Shown piece after piece: positions 9,037 through 18,031 of a stretch of DNA of 64,000 nt. The translations under genes were made by a program, and so were the position numbers. Each line of letters starts with the position of its first letter. Within the stretch, counting starts at the first letter, position 1. The notes below the pieces were generated by a model. It did not search any database, was not told the origin of the DNA, and saw only the letters and a list, made by a program, of their open reading frames with translations. Source of the DNA: Candidatus Nanoarchaeia archaeon (lineage in GTDB: Bacteria > Patescibacteriota > Microgenomatia > Woykebacterales > RBG-16-39-9b); assembly GCA_036514715.1 (NCBI GenBank), contig DATBWR010000004.1:9147-73146 (forward strand), read 5' to 3'.

Positions 9037-10497
9037 CTATCTGGCTACTACCCCTTTGACGAATAACTCCTGTGCTCGACGGGCCAAGTTTAAGGCAGTG
9101 TTGAAACCGGTGTTGTGCCGTGTTCCGCAATTACCGCAATAAACAGTGGGTCCCTTCAGAGAGATTGGTTGATCACCTTCTTTATTGGCCGCTCCGCAAG
9201 TTGAACAAAGCATCTTGGCTGTTGCCGAGTAGACCGAATAAGGTTTAGGCAAACCTTCCTTAACCGCTTTGTAGCTGGTCAGATCGGCGAGTTTCCCAAA
9301 TGGCCAGTATGACAACCTCAGGTTGAGCCGGGGATTGTATCTACCTTTGGGGATGTTGCCTACCTGCTCGACGGCAGGAACGGATTTGAACCTTAAGGCT
9401 TCTTCGACAATCTGTGCCACCTGACGGTAGTGGAAAGTTTCCAGCTCCTGGGAAAAGGGTCCGCCTCGCCGGCGCAGACGTTCCAACCGAGCAAAGTAGG
9501 TTTTCTCGTACCGCCTTGCTGGTTCCTGACGTTGGTGGACGACATTTCCATCACGATTGATAACTACCACGGTTACTAGATGTTCCAAACCAAAAGATAC
9601 ACCCATGAAGTTTTCCACTTCAAGTAGTGGTTTGGTGGGGATCTCACAAGCGACATTGACGAAAATTCTGCCGTTACGTACCAAGAGTTCCACTCGTTTG
9701 GGTTGGAAGTCTTTCTCACGCAGTAGCACTTCCGAGAGCCACTTTTTGTCTGAACGACGGTGAGTTGCTTTCCAAGTGGGTGGGTTATTCTCGCCTCGTA
9801 TGAAAGTAGCCTCACCCCACTTATCAAACTGAAGTGGAAGTAACAAACCGCTTGTTGAGCGGCTTAGACGGGCAATTTCTTTCTCTCCAAAAACCTGCAG
9901 CGCTGGTCCGCGGTCGGGATCGTAGTTATTGGTGATGTCTTCCTGGTGACTACCTCTTGGGAAAAGAGGAAGGTAGAGATAAAGCTGGCCGGTAATTGAT
10001 TGTTCGTAGCAAACGAACGCCCCTGTCCAGACGATTGGAAACTGATCGCCTATACTTGGATAGCTGGTTTTATCCGTAAATTGCGGGTCCAGTTTCCGCT
10101 TCGCATACGAGAGCAGCAAGTCTGCGACCTTGTGGCGCAAACCGTTTTTAACAGCGGAACCAAGTTGGTAACCCCTGAAAGGGGCAATCTCTTCCAGCTT
10201 TCTTAAGACCCGCATATGTCCAGCCGTTCTTTTGATAGGCCGACCCTCTTTATCAAGAAGTTTTTTGCCGTCTGGATCAGTAGGTTCCCACCAAAGTAGT
10301 TCTTGGTAAGGTTCGAACCAACGCAAGCAGTCGGCAGCTGCCTTTCGAACCGATTGGTTAACCCCAAGTAGAAGGGACAATTTTTTCTGGGGCAACCATT
10401 GCCGCCGCCAAAGCTCGCTGCGGGTTCGATTTTCCGGTAAGTCGTTGAGGGGCAAAGACATTGCCAAAGTCAGGTGCAGAGTGTTTTCTTCTGCCAA
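9037..10497 (-). CDS. Miniature type V effector (Cas12f/Cas14/TnpB-like), RuvC probably inactive
   Basis: C-terminal TnpB-like layout: GVSFG (RuvC-I), AVEQV (RuvC-II), WPFGKL..YKA..G, CSTC/CGNC zinc ribbon, HNTGFNTALNL (RuvC-III). TTG start with AAGGAG SD. Confidence 0.85.
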   Translation of the reverse strand: MAEENTLHLTLAMSLPLNDLPENRTRSELWRRQWLPQKKLSLLLGVNQSVRKAAADCLRWFEPYQELLWWEPTDPDGKKLLDKEGRPIKRTAGHMRVLRKLEEIAPFRGYQLGSAVKNGLRHKVADLLLSYAKRKLDPQFTDKTSYPSIGDQFPIVWTGAFVCYEQSITGQLYLYLPLFPRGSHQEDITNNYDPDRGPALQVFGEKEIARLSRSTSGLLLPLQFDKWGEATFIRGENNPPTWKATHRRSDKKWLSEVLLREKDFQPKRVELLVRNGRIFVNVACEIPTKPLLEVENFMGVSFGLEHLVTVVVINRDGNVVHQRQEPARRYEKTYFARLERLRRRGGPFSQELETFHYRQVAQIVEEALRFKSVPAVEQVGNIPKGRYNPRLNLRLSYWPFGKLADLTSYKAVKEGLPKPYSVYSATAKMLCSTCGAANKEGDQPISLKGPTVYCGNCGTRHNTGFNTALNLARRAQELFVKGVVAR

Positions 10498-10553
10498 TTT
10501 CTCTCTCCTTTGGAAAATTGGTATTTAGTTTTGGTGTGCTTGAGGCAAGCCAA

Positions 10554-10582
10554 AGTATATACTACTATAAGACAAAATGCAA
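10554..10582 (-). promoter_or_regulatory. Sigma70-type promoter of the effector gene
   Basis: TTGCAT-N17-TATACT on the minus strand. Confidence 0.6.
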
Positions 10583-10628
10583 TCGGTCAGTGTTTGGGTT
10601 TGTGGAAAGATTTGGATAAAAAAAGAAC

Positions 10629-11201
10629 TTAAAGACGGGTTTGGCAAGAGTCGCAGACTGCCCGCGCAACAAATTGGTGGCTGTCAGGGCTAGTTGAGTC
10701 GGCTCGGAGTTCAAAAACAACATTCGCACCGCAGTGAGGACACTTGTAAAAATTCAAAAAGGGGTAATCTTGGGAGAGTTTGATCACGTCCCCGTAACTG
10801 TCACGTGGAGAAATACGGTAAGTTCTTAACACTGTAGCGTCGGTCAACTCTTTAATCTTGGAAATAATCTCGTTAGGAGAAAAGTTGGTTTTAAGCAAGT
10901 AATCGCGAGCTCCTAAGGAAAGCGCTTTTTTAATATTCTCATCATTGGCAACATTACTTAAAACAATTACCGGGATTGTTTTGAGTTTGGGGTTAGCAGC
11001 TAGAAACTCTAAAACTTGGAGACCGCTCACCTTTGGCATCAAAATATCAAGAAGGATAAGATCAGGGCTAACAGAAGCGATTTTATCAATCGCCTCCTGA
11101 CCGTCAGCAGCGGTTTCAACTAGGTAACCCTCAAAGGTCAGCCGGTCGGAATAAATTTTTCGGAGAATTTCTTCATCATCCGCGATTAATATTTTTTTCA
11201 T
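10629..11201 (-). CDS. Response regulator receiver with C-terminal zinc-ribbon-like domain
   Basis: ILIADDE, LLDILMP, DYLLK receiver motifs; C-terminal CPHC...CDSC. Confidence 0.88.
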   Translation of the reverse strand: MKKILIADDEEILRKIYSDRLTFEGYLVETAADGQEAIDKIASVSPDLILLDILMPKVSGLQVLEFLAANPKLKTIPVIVLSNVANDENIKKALSLGARDYLLKTNFSPNEIISKIKELTDATVLRTYRISPRDSYGDVIKLSQDYPFLNFYKCPHCGANVVFELRADSTSPDSHQFVARAVCDSCQTRL

Positions 11202-12622
11202 GGCAAGTTTTTAACCTGTGGTAAAACGAAAGCAAAGGTGCTTCCTTTTCCTTCCTCAGAGGCAAACCAAAGCTTACCCTTTTGTTTCTCAACTAACTGT
11301 TTGACTGTGTACAATCCTAATCCGGTGCCGGTAGAAGCTTTACTGAGAGGATTTTCAACTCGGGAAAACTTCTTAAACAGATCTTTCTGGCGATTTTTTG
11401 GGATGCCAACACCACTATCCTTGACCAAAAACCAAACACCCTCTGAGTTAGTCATGACCCTGGCTTGTATTGTACCGCCCTCAAAAGTGTATTTCAAGGC
11501 ATTATCAAGAAGGTTGCTCATGATTTCCTTAGTTTTGTCGGGGTCAACCCAGACCTCGTGTTGATTGTTGTCCAGAGACAGAAGAAGATTTTGGGATTTC
11601 CTACCTGCCTGCATTTTTAAGCTTTCGACAACCTCTTTGGCAATTGTGCCTAGATCAACTGCTTGGATCTTGAACTGAATTCTTCCTTGTTCGAGTCGGG
11701 AGATATTCAGTAAATCATTAACTAGATTGATCATGCGGTCATTAGCCACGGAAAGCAAGTTTAAATATTCTGTTTGTTTCGAATTTAAAGGTCCGGCCAC
11801 ATTGTCGGCCAAGAGTTCAATTAAGCCTTTGATTTCCGAAAGCGGCGTGCGTAGCTGGTGTGAAGCAATGGAGATAAGGTCATTACGCATCTCCTCGAGT
11901 TCCTTTTCTCGGCTGACATCACGAAAAACGACAATACCGCCAACGATAATACCTTTTTGATTTCTGATCGGTGAGGAGTTAACCGCAACGGGTACTCTGT
12001 TCTGATTAGCTGTGACCATTACCGTTTCAGAGGGCAAGTTGAAAGACTTGCCTTCCAGTAAAACCTTGTCAATGAAGCTTCCGTATGGAGTTTTAGTTTT
12101 TAGATCAACGAATTGCAAAATCTGGTCATAGCGCTGCCTCAGAACCTGATCTCTGGAGAAACCCACCAGCTGCTCAGCCGCGTGGTTAAAGACAATTATT
12201 TCACTTCTTAAATTGACGGCGAAAACGCCTTCACCAACGTTTAGTAGAATTGCTTCCGCTCGGTCTTTGGATTCTTCAGCAACCCTAATTCTTTCTTTGA
12301 GAGCGTTGCGGAAGGTCTCTAGTGACCTGACTACTTCCCCAAACTCATCACTACTTTTTGACTCAATTGTCTCCTCCAGATTAGTTGTTATTAAGCGCAG
12401 AAGGAGATGAGTGTAAAACCCAAGTTTCTTTTTAGCGATGCTGGTTAAGATAAAAGCCAGTATTACAAACAAGGAAAGAAAAACAGCCAAGATCGGCAGA
12501 AGATTAATAACAACAAAACTTTCAGGAAGCAGCCAGATGACAATGAGCTCTCCTAAGGTAAGGAGAGAAACGATTAAAACTGTTTTTGGAACAATACCGA
12601 CTTTAAACATGAGCAGACTCAA
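11198..12622 (-). CDS. PAS-domain sensor histidine kinase
   Basis: Two TM helices, HAMP-like linker, PAS, ASHQLRTP, NALKY, DSGVGI, GTGLGL. Start may be ATG 12610. Confidence 0.9.
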   Translation of the reverse strand: MSLLMFKVGIVPKTVLIVSLLTLGELIVIWLLPESFVVINLLPILAVFLSLFVILAFILTSIAKKKLGFYTHLLLRLITTNLEETIESKSSDEFGEVVRSLETFRNALKERIRVAEESKDRAEAILLNVGEGVFAVNLRSEIIVFNHAAEQLVGFSRDQVLRQRYDQILQFVDLKTKTPYGSFIDKVLLEGKSFNLPSETVMVTANQNRVPVAVNSSPIRNQKGIIVGGIVVFRDVSREKELEEMRNDLISIASHQLRTPLSEIKGLIELLADNVAGPLNSKQTEYLNLLSVANDRMINLVNDLLNISRLEQGRIQFKIQAVDLGTIAKEVVESLKMQAGRKSQNLLLSLDNNQHEVWVDPDKTKEIMSNLLDNALKYTFEGGTIQARVMTNSEGVWFLVKDSGVGIPKNRQKDLFKKFSRVENPLSKASTGTGLGLYTVKQLVEKQKGKLWFASEEGKGSTFAFVLPQVKNLP

Positions 12623-12626
12623 ATCT

Positions 12627-12741
12627 ATTATAACGTTCTTACGTTACAAGAGCGAACGATGTAATCGCGAGGCGATTATAACTTGCCACAAGTTACAAGA
12701 AGCAAGATATAATCTTGCGATTATAGCTCGCTAGAGCTACA
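12627..12741 (-). repeat. Three tandem 45-48 bp units with covarying hairpins
   Basis: TATAACGT-tctt-ACGTTACA, TATAACTTG-cca-CAAGTTACA and TATAGCTC-gcta-GAGCTACA, interleaved with TAATC..GATTA hairpins. Confidence 0.7.
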
Positions 12742-12830
12742 GAAGGCGAGGGTTAACCCGAAGCGGTCTATACCCTCATACCCAGCAAGGTTATGGTATC
12801 ATTAAGGCGCTTTCACGACCGCGGGCAGTT

Positions 12831-13940
12831 ATGGGTAAAAGGAGTAGGTTACTAAAAGGTAAACTAACGGATTTGACCAAGCCAGAAAAGCCCAAGTTAC
12901 GGGCTGTCTTGGTGGTTCTTTTGGTGGCCACTATTATAAGCACTAGCGCTCTTGTTCTAAGCTATTCCAACTTCACCCCAAAATTTTTACCTCAAAGTTA
13001 CTTATTTGCTTTGGACAGTCTAATTGCGAAGTTACCACTGTTACCAAAAACCCCCAGGCAAGTTCTGGCTGCCGCTATCCTTAAAAACCGCACTCTTACC
13101 TCTTACACATTCTCAGCGAACCTTTTGGTTAAACTTCCTAACGGAAACTCTCTTGCTAATATCACTATGAGCGGAGAATTTTCGGACCTTGTAGACTCTA
13201 AGAGCCAAGCGCAAGCGACTCTTATGGGCAAAATTAGCGAATTCTTTGTCGGGGAAATTAACCTTAGAACAATAGAACTGTCTGACGACTTTTACTTTCT
13301 TGTTGAAAAAGCCCCTCCTTTCCCTGGTTATAACCTAAACCGATTGGTGGGGGATTGGCAAAAGGTTAATTTACCCAAGTTTCAGAATAACCTTGGAACT
13401 TCTTCCAAAACCGACGCACAGATCGTTAAGGACGTTCGTGTCCAGATGGAAAGTTTCTATACTGGTTTAATTGGAGAAGCTTTATCGCAAACTGAGGATT
13501 TTAGGCAGATTGAAGAAAAAGGTAGCCAGTATTATCGGATTACTTTGACCCCGCCAGTACAAAACTTAGGGGAAGTCCTGAATTTTGGTGAGGCTCTTGA
13601 GACTCGAGAAGTACAGATAAAGATTTTCATTAACAAAGGAAACTTTAACTTAACCAAGATAAGTGTCGAAGCTAAGCTCTTACCGAAGGAAGCTGGGTTG
13701 GACGAACAATTGGTTGAAGTAGCCTTTGATTACCAGATTGCGCCGGTGTCCGAAGCTAAGATACTTACTCCCCCACCCGAGTTTTCGGAAATCTCTGGAC
13801 CTTTGGATCTAACGATCAGGCTCTTACCAGAGGCAGACCAAGTTACACCTGACAATTTACGGATTGGGGAGACTGGCGAAAACTTTCTGACACTGGAGCG
13901 TTTGTTGAAGGTTTTATTGCTCTTACCTAAGTCGTTGTAA
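12831..13940 (+). CDS. Hypothetical membrane-anchored extracytoplasmic protein
   Basis: 369 aa with one TM helix near the N-terminus. Confidence 0.75.
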   Translation: MGKRSRLLKGKLTDLTKPEKPKLRAVLVVLLVATIISTSALVLSYSNFTPKFLPQSYLFALDSLIAKLPLLPKTPRQVLAAAILKNRTLTSYTFSANLLVKLPNGNSLANITMSGEFSDLVDSKSQAQATLMGKISEFFVGEINLRTIELSDDFYFLVEKAPPFPGYNLNRLVGDWQKVNLPKFQNNLGTSSKTDAQIVKDVRVQMESFYTGLIGEALSQTEDFRQIEEKGSQYYRITLTPPVQNLGEVLNFGEALETREVQIKIFINKGNFNLTKISVEAKLLPKEAGLDEQLVEVAFDYQIAPVSEAKILTPPPEFSEISGPLDLTIRLLPEADQVTPDNLRIGETGENFLTLERLLKVLLLLPKSL

Positions 13941-13983
13941 AAAATTAAGAAGGATTTTTCCTTGACACTTTTCCCTATCCCCT

Positions 13984-14015
13984 GTTAATATATGAATAGT
14001 TATTCATATATTAAC
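13984..14015. promoter_or_regulatory. ArsR/SmtB-type operator (15-2-15 palindrome) overlapping a promoter
   Basis: GTTAATATATGAATA-GT-TATTCATATATTAAC; TTGACA at 13962-13967; directly upstream of the ArsR gene. Confidence 0.85.
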
Positions 14016-14026
14016 CTAGTCTGCCG

Positions 14027-14392
14027 ATGAACAAACAAACTGTTAGTAAAACCCGCAGCCGACCCCTAACCCCTACTCTGACAGCTTTAAAAATCAAGAA
14101 TTTACAAGAAATTTTGTCAAAGAACGGTAGTTTCCAAAGGGAAAGAAATTTGGCCGAAATAGTTAGTGGCGAAACCCGTCTGAAAATCTTGTACGCACTG
14201 GCCCGTGAAAATTATCTCTCGGTCAGTGATATTGCCGATATTCTGAAATCCAAGCAGAGTGGGGTTTCCCACCAATTAGCTATCCTGCGAAAAGAAGGTT
14301 TAGTCAAGACCAAAAAGAGACAACGGCTAGTTTTTTATTCGCTAACTAAGCCTTTACCAAAATTGATTTGGGCAGCAGTAGATTTGCGCTAA
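14027..14392 (+). CDS. ArsR/SmtB family transcriptional regulator
   Basis: TRLKIL..L, LSVSDIA, QSGVSHQL..LR..GLV, VFYSL. Confidence 0.92.
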   Translation: MNKQTVSKTRSRPLTPTLTALKIKNLQEILSKNGSFQRERNLAEIVSGETRLKILYALARENYLSVSDIADILKSKQSGVSHQLAILRKEGLVKTKKRQRLVFYSLTKPLPKLIWAAVDLR

Positions 14393-14443
14393 GATTGTGG
14401 AGACTTTTTTATAAACTATTCATAAGAAAAGGGGGAAAACTGC

Positions 14444-15475
14444 ATGTATAAGCTAGCAATTAACGGTTTTGGAAGAATTGGCCGGAGCGCTTTTAAGGTT
14501 GCTATTGATAAACACAGCAGTGAAATTGAAATTGTCGGCATTAACGATCTTACCTCTCCAACTGTTTTAGCTCATCTTTTGAAATACGACAGCGTCTATG
14601 GTTTGTATAACCACGAAGTTGGTAGTGATGCACAAAATGTAATCGTTGACGGTAAAAAATTTCGAGTTTATGCGGAAAAGGATCCGACTGCCCTGCCTTG
14701 GGGCCAACTTGGTGTGGATATTGTTATCGAGTCTACGGGTCGGTTTACTGATCTTGAAGGGGCAAGTGCCCATATTAAAGCCGGCGCCAAGAGAGTGGTT
14801 ATTTCCGCACCAGCCAAAGGAGAAGGTGTTGGTACGTACTTAATTGGTGTTAACGCACAAAATGATAGTGGGCAGCAGAGAGTAATTAACAACGCTTCCT
14901 GCACCACCAACTGTATCGCTCCAGTGGCGGCTGTCATGAGCGCTAAATTCGGAATCTTAAAGGCCATGATGACGACTGTGCACTCAGTAACTGCCGAACA
15001 AAACTTGGTTGACGGTCCCCCACCCGGCGGAAAGTCAACTGACCTGCGACGAGCTCGGGCTGCTTACGTCAACATTATTCCCACTACCACCGGAGCAGCT
15101 GTCGCCACAACCGAAGCAATTCCAGAACTAAAAGGCTTGTTTGACGGGGCTTCCCTGCGAGTCCCAACTATTTGTGGATCAATCTCCGACTTTACTTTTC
15201 TGGTAAAGACAAAAGTGACTGTTGAAGATGTTAATAATGCCTTTAAGGAGGCAGCCCAAACACCTCTTTTAAAAGGAGTTTTGGCCTTCAGCGAAGAACC
15301 TTTGGTTTCTAGTGACATTATTGGTCGAACCGAAAGCGCTGTTGTTGATCTGTTCCTAACTAAGGTTGTTGACGGCGACATGGTGAAAGTTTTTGCTTGG
15401 TACGATAACGAACTAGGTTATTCCCATCGGTTGGTTGAACAAGTAATTCATGCGGCCAGTTTAATTAAAACTTAG
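14444..15475 (+). CDS. gap: Glyceraldehyde-3-phosphate dehydrogenase
   Basis: INGFGRIGR, NASCTTNC, WYDNE. Confidence 0.98.
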   Translation: MYKLAINGFGRIGRSAFKVAIDKHSSEIEIVGINDLTSPTVLAHLLKYDSVYGLYNHEVGSDAQNVIVDGKKFRVYAEKDPTALPWGQLGVDIVIESTGRFTDLEGASAHIKAGAKRVVISAPAKGEGVGTYLIGVNAQNDSGQQRVINNASCTTNCIAPVAAVMSAKFGILKAMMTTVHSVTAEQNLVDGPPPGGKSTDLRRARAAYVNIIPTTTGAAVATTEAIPELKGLFDGASLRVPTICGSISDFTFLVKTKVTVEDVNNAFKEAAQTPLLKGVLAFSEEPLVSSDIIGRTESAVVDLFLTKVVDGDMVKVFAWYDNELGYSHRLVEQVIHAASLIKT

Positions 15476-15490
15476 TTCCAAGAACGTTAG

Positions 15491-15940
15491 ATGAAAATTT
15501 ATTTAGCTTCCGATCATGGAGGATTTGAACTTAAAGAGAAAATAAAAAAACATCTTGAAGAAGCTGGTAGGCAGGTAATTGATTTGGGTCCGGAAGAACT
15601 GAACCCAGAAGATGATTTTCCGGATTTTGCTGTTCCCCTGGCTGAAAAAGTGGCACAGGACCAAGAAAATCTGGGAATTGTCTTGTGTCGTAACGGTGTT
15701 GGTGTCGAAGTAGCCGCTAACAAAATTGATGGTGTGAGAGCAGCTTTGTCTTGGGAACCGCAACACGCCGCCAGCAGTCGAGAAGATGATAATTCCAATG
15801 TTTTGGCACTACCTGCCGATTATTTAGAAGAGAAAAAAGCTTTTGAAATAGTTGATAAATGGGTTTCCACACCTTACAAAGGCGAGGCGCGTTTTGAAAG
15901 ACGGCTGAAAAAAATTGAAAAGGAGGAAGATGAGCGTTGA
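15491..15940 (+). CDS. rpiB: Ribose-5-phosphate isomerase B family
   Basis: ASDHGG, LCRNGVG, ANKIDGVRAA. Confidence 0.9.
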   Translation: MKIYLASDHGGFELKEKIKKHLEEAGRQVIDLGPEELNPEDDFPDFAVPLAEKVAQDQENLGIVLCRNGVGVEVAANKIDGVRAALSWEPQHAASSREDDNSNVLALPADYLEEKKAFEIVDKWVSTPYKGEARFERRLKKIEKEEDER

Positions 15941-16616
15941 AATACTCCCGGCCATTTTAAGTAAGACTTCCTCAGATTATCATCGCAAACTAAAGGCAAT
16001 CGAACCTCACGCCTCTTGGGTGCAAATTGATATTGTTGACAACGTTTATGCGCGTAACCAAACTATTGACGCCAAGGTTGTTGCTTCGATCCGTACCCGC
16101 TTAAAACTGGAAATCCACCTAATGGTCGAGCACATCGAAAACTGGTTAGATCCGTTTTTAGCGATTCGGCCGGCTCGTATTGTTTTCCCTTTGGAAGCTT
16201 CTTACGAGCCGATACAGCTGGTTAGGCATATGAAGGCCCACCAAATGCCGTTTGGATTTTCCATCGAGCCGAAAACCTCAGCTGAGAGCTTGCAACATTT
16301 AGTCGATAAAATTGATATTGCCCTACTACTTGCCGTCCACCCGGGGTTTTCCGGCCAACATTTCGCCTTTGGTGTTTTGGAAAAAATCAGAAAATTGCGG
16401 GCGATGCGACCCGATCTTTTAATCGAAGTGGATGGTGGGATTGAGCCTGACACCGCTGCCAAATGTGCTGCTGTTGGTGCTAACGTACTAGCCGCCGGTA
16501 GTTTTATTTTCGATAATGATAAAATGGATGGAGCTACTTACAACGAGAAGGTTAGGAACGCTTACTCTACGCTGAAAGAAGCGGTGGCAGATGTAATACC
16601 AGAAGAGGGTGCCTAA
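15930..16616 (+). CDS. rpe: Ribulose-phosphate 3-epimerase
   Basis: ILPAIL, EIHLMV, VHPGFSGQ, IEVDGGI, AGS. Start ATG 15930. Confidence 0.92.
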   Translation: MSVEILPAILSKTSSDYHRKLKAIEPHASWVQIDIVDNVYARNQTIDAKVVASIRTRLKLEIHLMVEHIENWLDPFLAIRPARIVFPLEASYEPIQLVRHMKAHQMPFGFSIEPKTSAESLQHLVDKIDIALLLAVHPGFSGQHFAFGVLEKIRKLRAMRPDLLIEVDGGIEPDTAAKCAAVGANVLAAGSFIFDNDKMDGATYNEKVRNAYSTLKEAVADVIPEEGA

Positions 16617-16633
16617 AAAGGAGGTGAAAAGCT

Positions 16634-17071
16634 TTGCGAAGTTTAATTATTGGCATAGTAATCGTTGCGCTCATAGCAGTTGGCGTCTTTGTTTTCGTTA
16701 ACAGCTCTTCTGACGAGTCAGGATCGGAAAGTCAGACAAGTTCACAAGGAGCCAAGGATACCTCGGGTAATTCTAGCTCAAAGGCTCCTAGTGAGGTGAC
16801 GATTACTTACACTAGCAGCGGTTTTTCACCCAGTTCAGTACGTTTAAAGAAAGGCGGGAAATTAACTTGGGTTAATGAGAGTTCCAACCAAGTCGAAATT
16901 GGCGTTAATCCCCATCCAGTCCACACCGGCGACCGAAGCATAACCAGCGAAGAGTTTACTCTAAATTTGGATAGCGGTGAAACAAAAACTATTACGGTTA
17001 ATAAAGCAGGTGACTTTGGTTACCATAACCACCTTGATTCTTTAATGAGCGGCAATATTTTAGTCGAATAA
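16634..17071 (+). CDS. Cupredoxin/plastocyanin-like exported protein
   Basis: Signal anchor, FSPSSV....GG.LTWVN, HPVHT, YHNH....M.G.I.VE. Confidence 0.7.
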   Translation: MRSLIIGIVIVALIAVGVFVFVNSSSDESGSESQTSSQGAKDTSGNSSSKAPSEVTITYTSSGFSPSSVRLKKGGKLTWVNESSNQVEIGVNPHPVHTGDRSITSEEFTLNLDSGETKTITVNKAGDFGYHNHLDSLMSGNILVE

Positions 17072-17087
17072 AACAAAGAACTGCCCT

Positions 17088-17960
17088 ATGGAAAACGCTA
17101 ATCCACGAGCCGATCACAAAACTTTAGAGCATCTCTCAAAAATTGCCTACGATATCCGTGAGGATATTATCAAGATGCTGTTGGAGGCTGGGAGCGGCCA
17201 CTCCGCGGGACCTTTGGGGATGGCCGATGTTTTCACTGCGCTGTATTTTGCCGTCCTTAATCACGACCCTGAAAACCCCAAGTGGGCCGACCGAGACCGG
17301 TTAGTTTTATCCAACGGCCACATTTGTCCGGTTTGGTACACAACACTAGCCCACGCTGGTTACTTCCCCAGAGAGGAACTTTATACTTTAAGAAAAATTA
17401 ACTCCCGTCTTCAGGGCCACCCTCACTACGGATCTTTACCTGGCGTGGAAAATACTGGCGGTCCCTTGGGACAAGGTTTATCGCAAGCCATTGGGATGGC
17501 CCTCTCTGCTCGGATGGACAAAAAAAGATACTGGACTTACTGTATGATGAGTGACGGTGAGCATGATGAAGGGCAGACTTGGGAAGCAATTTTGTTTGCC
17601 GGCAAAAACAAGCTTGGTAATTTAACTGCTATTGTTGACCGTAACAATATTCAGATTGACGGTTTTACTGAGGATATTATGCCGCTGGAACCGTTTAAGG
17701 AAAAACATGAAGCCTTCGGTTGGCATGTTCAGGAAGTGGATGGGCACAATATTCAGGCGGTAATTGATGCTTGCAACGGGGCTAAAGCAATTTTCAACAA
17801 GCCGAGTGTTATCATCGCCCACACCATACCTGGTAAAGGTGTTGATTTTATGGAAAGAGATTGGGTGTGGCACGGTAAACCGCCCAACCCTGAAGAAGCA
17901 AAACGTGCTTTGAAAGAACTTCGAACTCTGAAAGGTAAAATCACCGGCGAACACGAATAA
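17088..17960 (+). CDS. Transketolase N-terminal subunit
   Basis: GSGH, DRLVLSNGH, LQGHP, GPLGQG, SDGE..EG..WEA. Confidence 0.95.
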   Translation: MENANPRADHKTLEHLSKIAYDIREDIIKMLLEAGSGHSAGPLGMADVFTALYFAVLNHDPENPKWADRDRLVLSNGHICPVWYTTLAHAGYFPREELYTLRKINSRLQGHPHYGSLPGVENTGGPLGQGLSQAIGMALSARMDKKRYWTYCMMSDGEHDEGQTWEAILFAGKNKLGNLTAIVDRNNIQIDGFTEDIMPLEPFKEKHEAFGWHVQEVDGHNIQAVIDACNGAKAIFNKPSVIIAHTIPGKGVDFMERDWVWHGKPPNPEEAKRALKELRTLKGKITGEHE

Positions 17961-18031
17961 CAATGTTTCAACTTATTAACAAATTAAAACAAAAGGAGGC
18001 TAAAAGTACGAGGACGTATAATTAGGAAATT

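Noticed and set aside
9037-10497. IS200/IS605 TnpB or Cas12k CAST assignment
   Set aside because: No tnpA, tnsB, tnsC or tniQ in the window, no transposon ends recognised, and the gene abuts cas2.
12627-12741. Second (degenerate) CRISPR array, because TGTAAC matches the repeat end
   Set aside because: The shared part is only 6 nt, and the units lack a constant repeat with unique spacers.
17963-18025. 20-codon ORF (MFQLINKLKQKEAKSTR) as a remnant of the transketolase C-subunit start
   Set aside because: Similarity is too short and weak to support.
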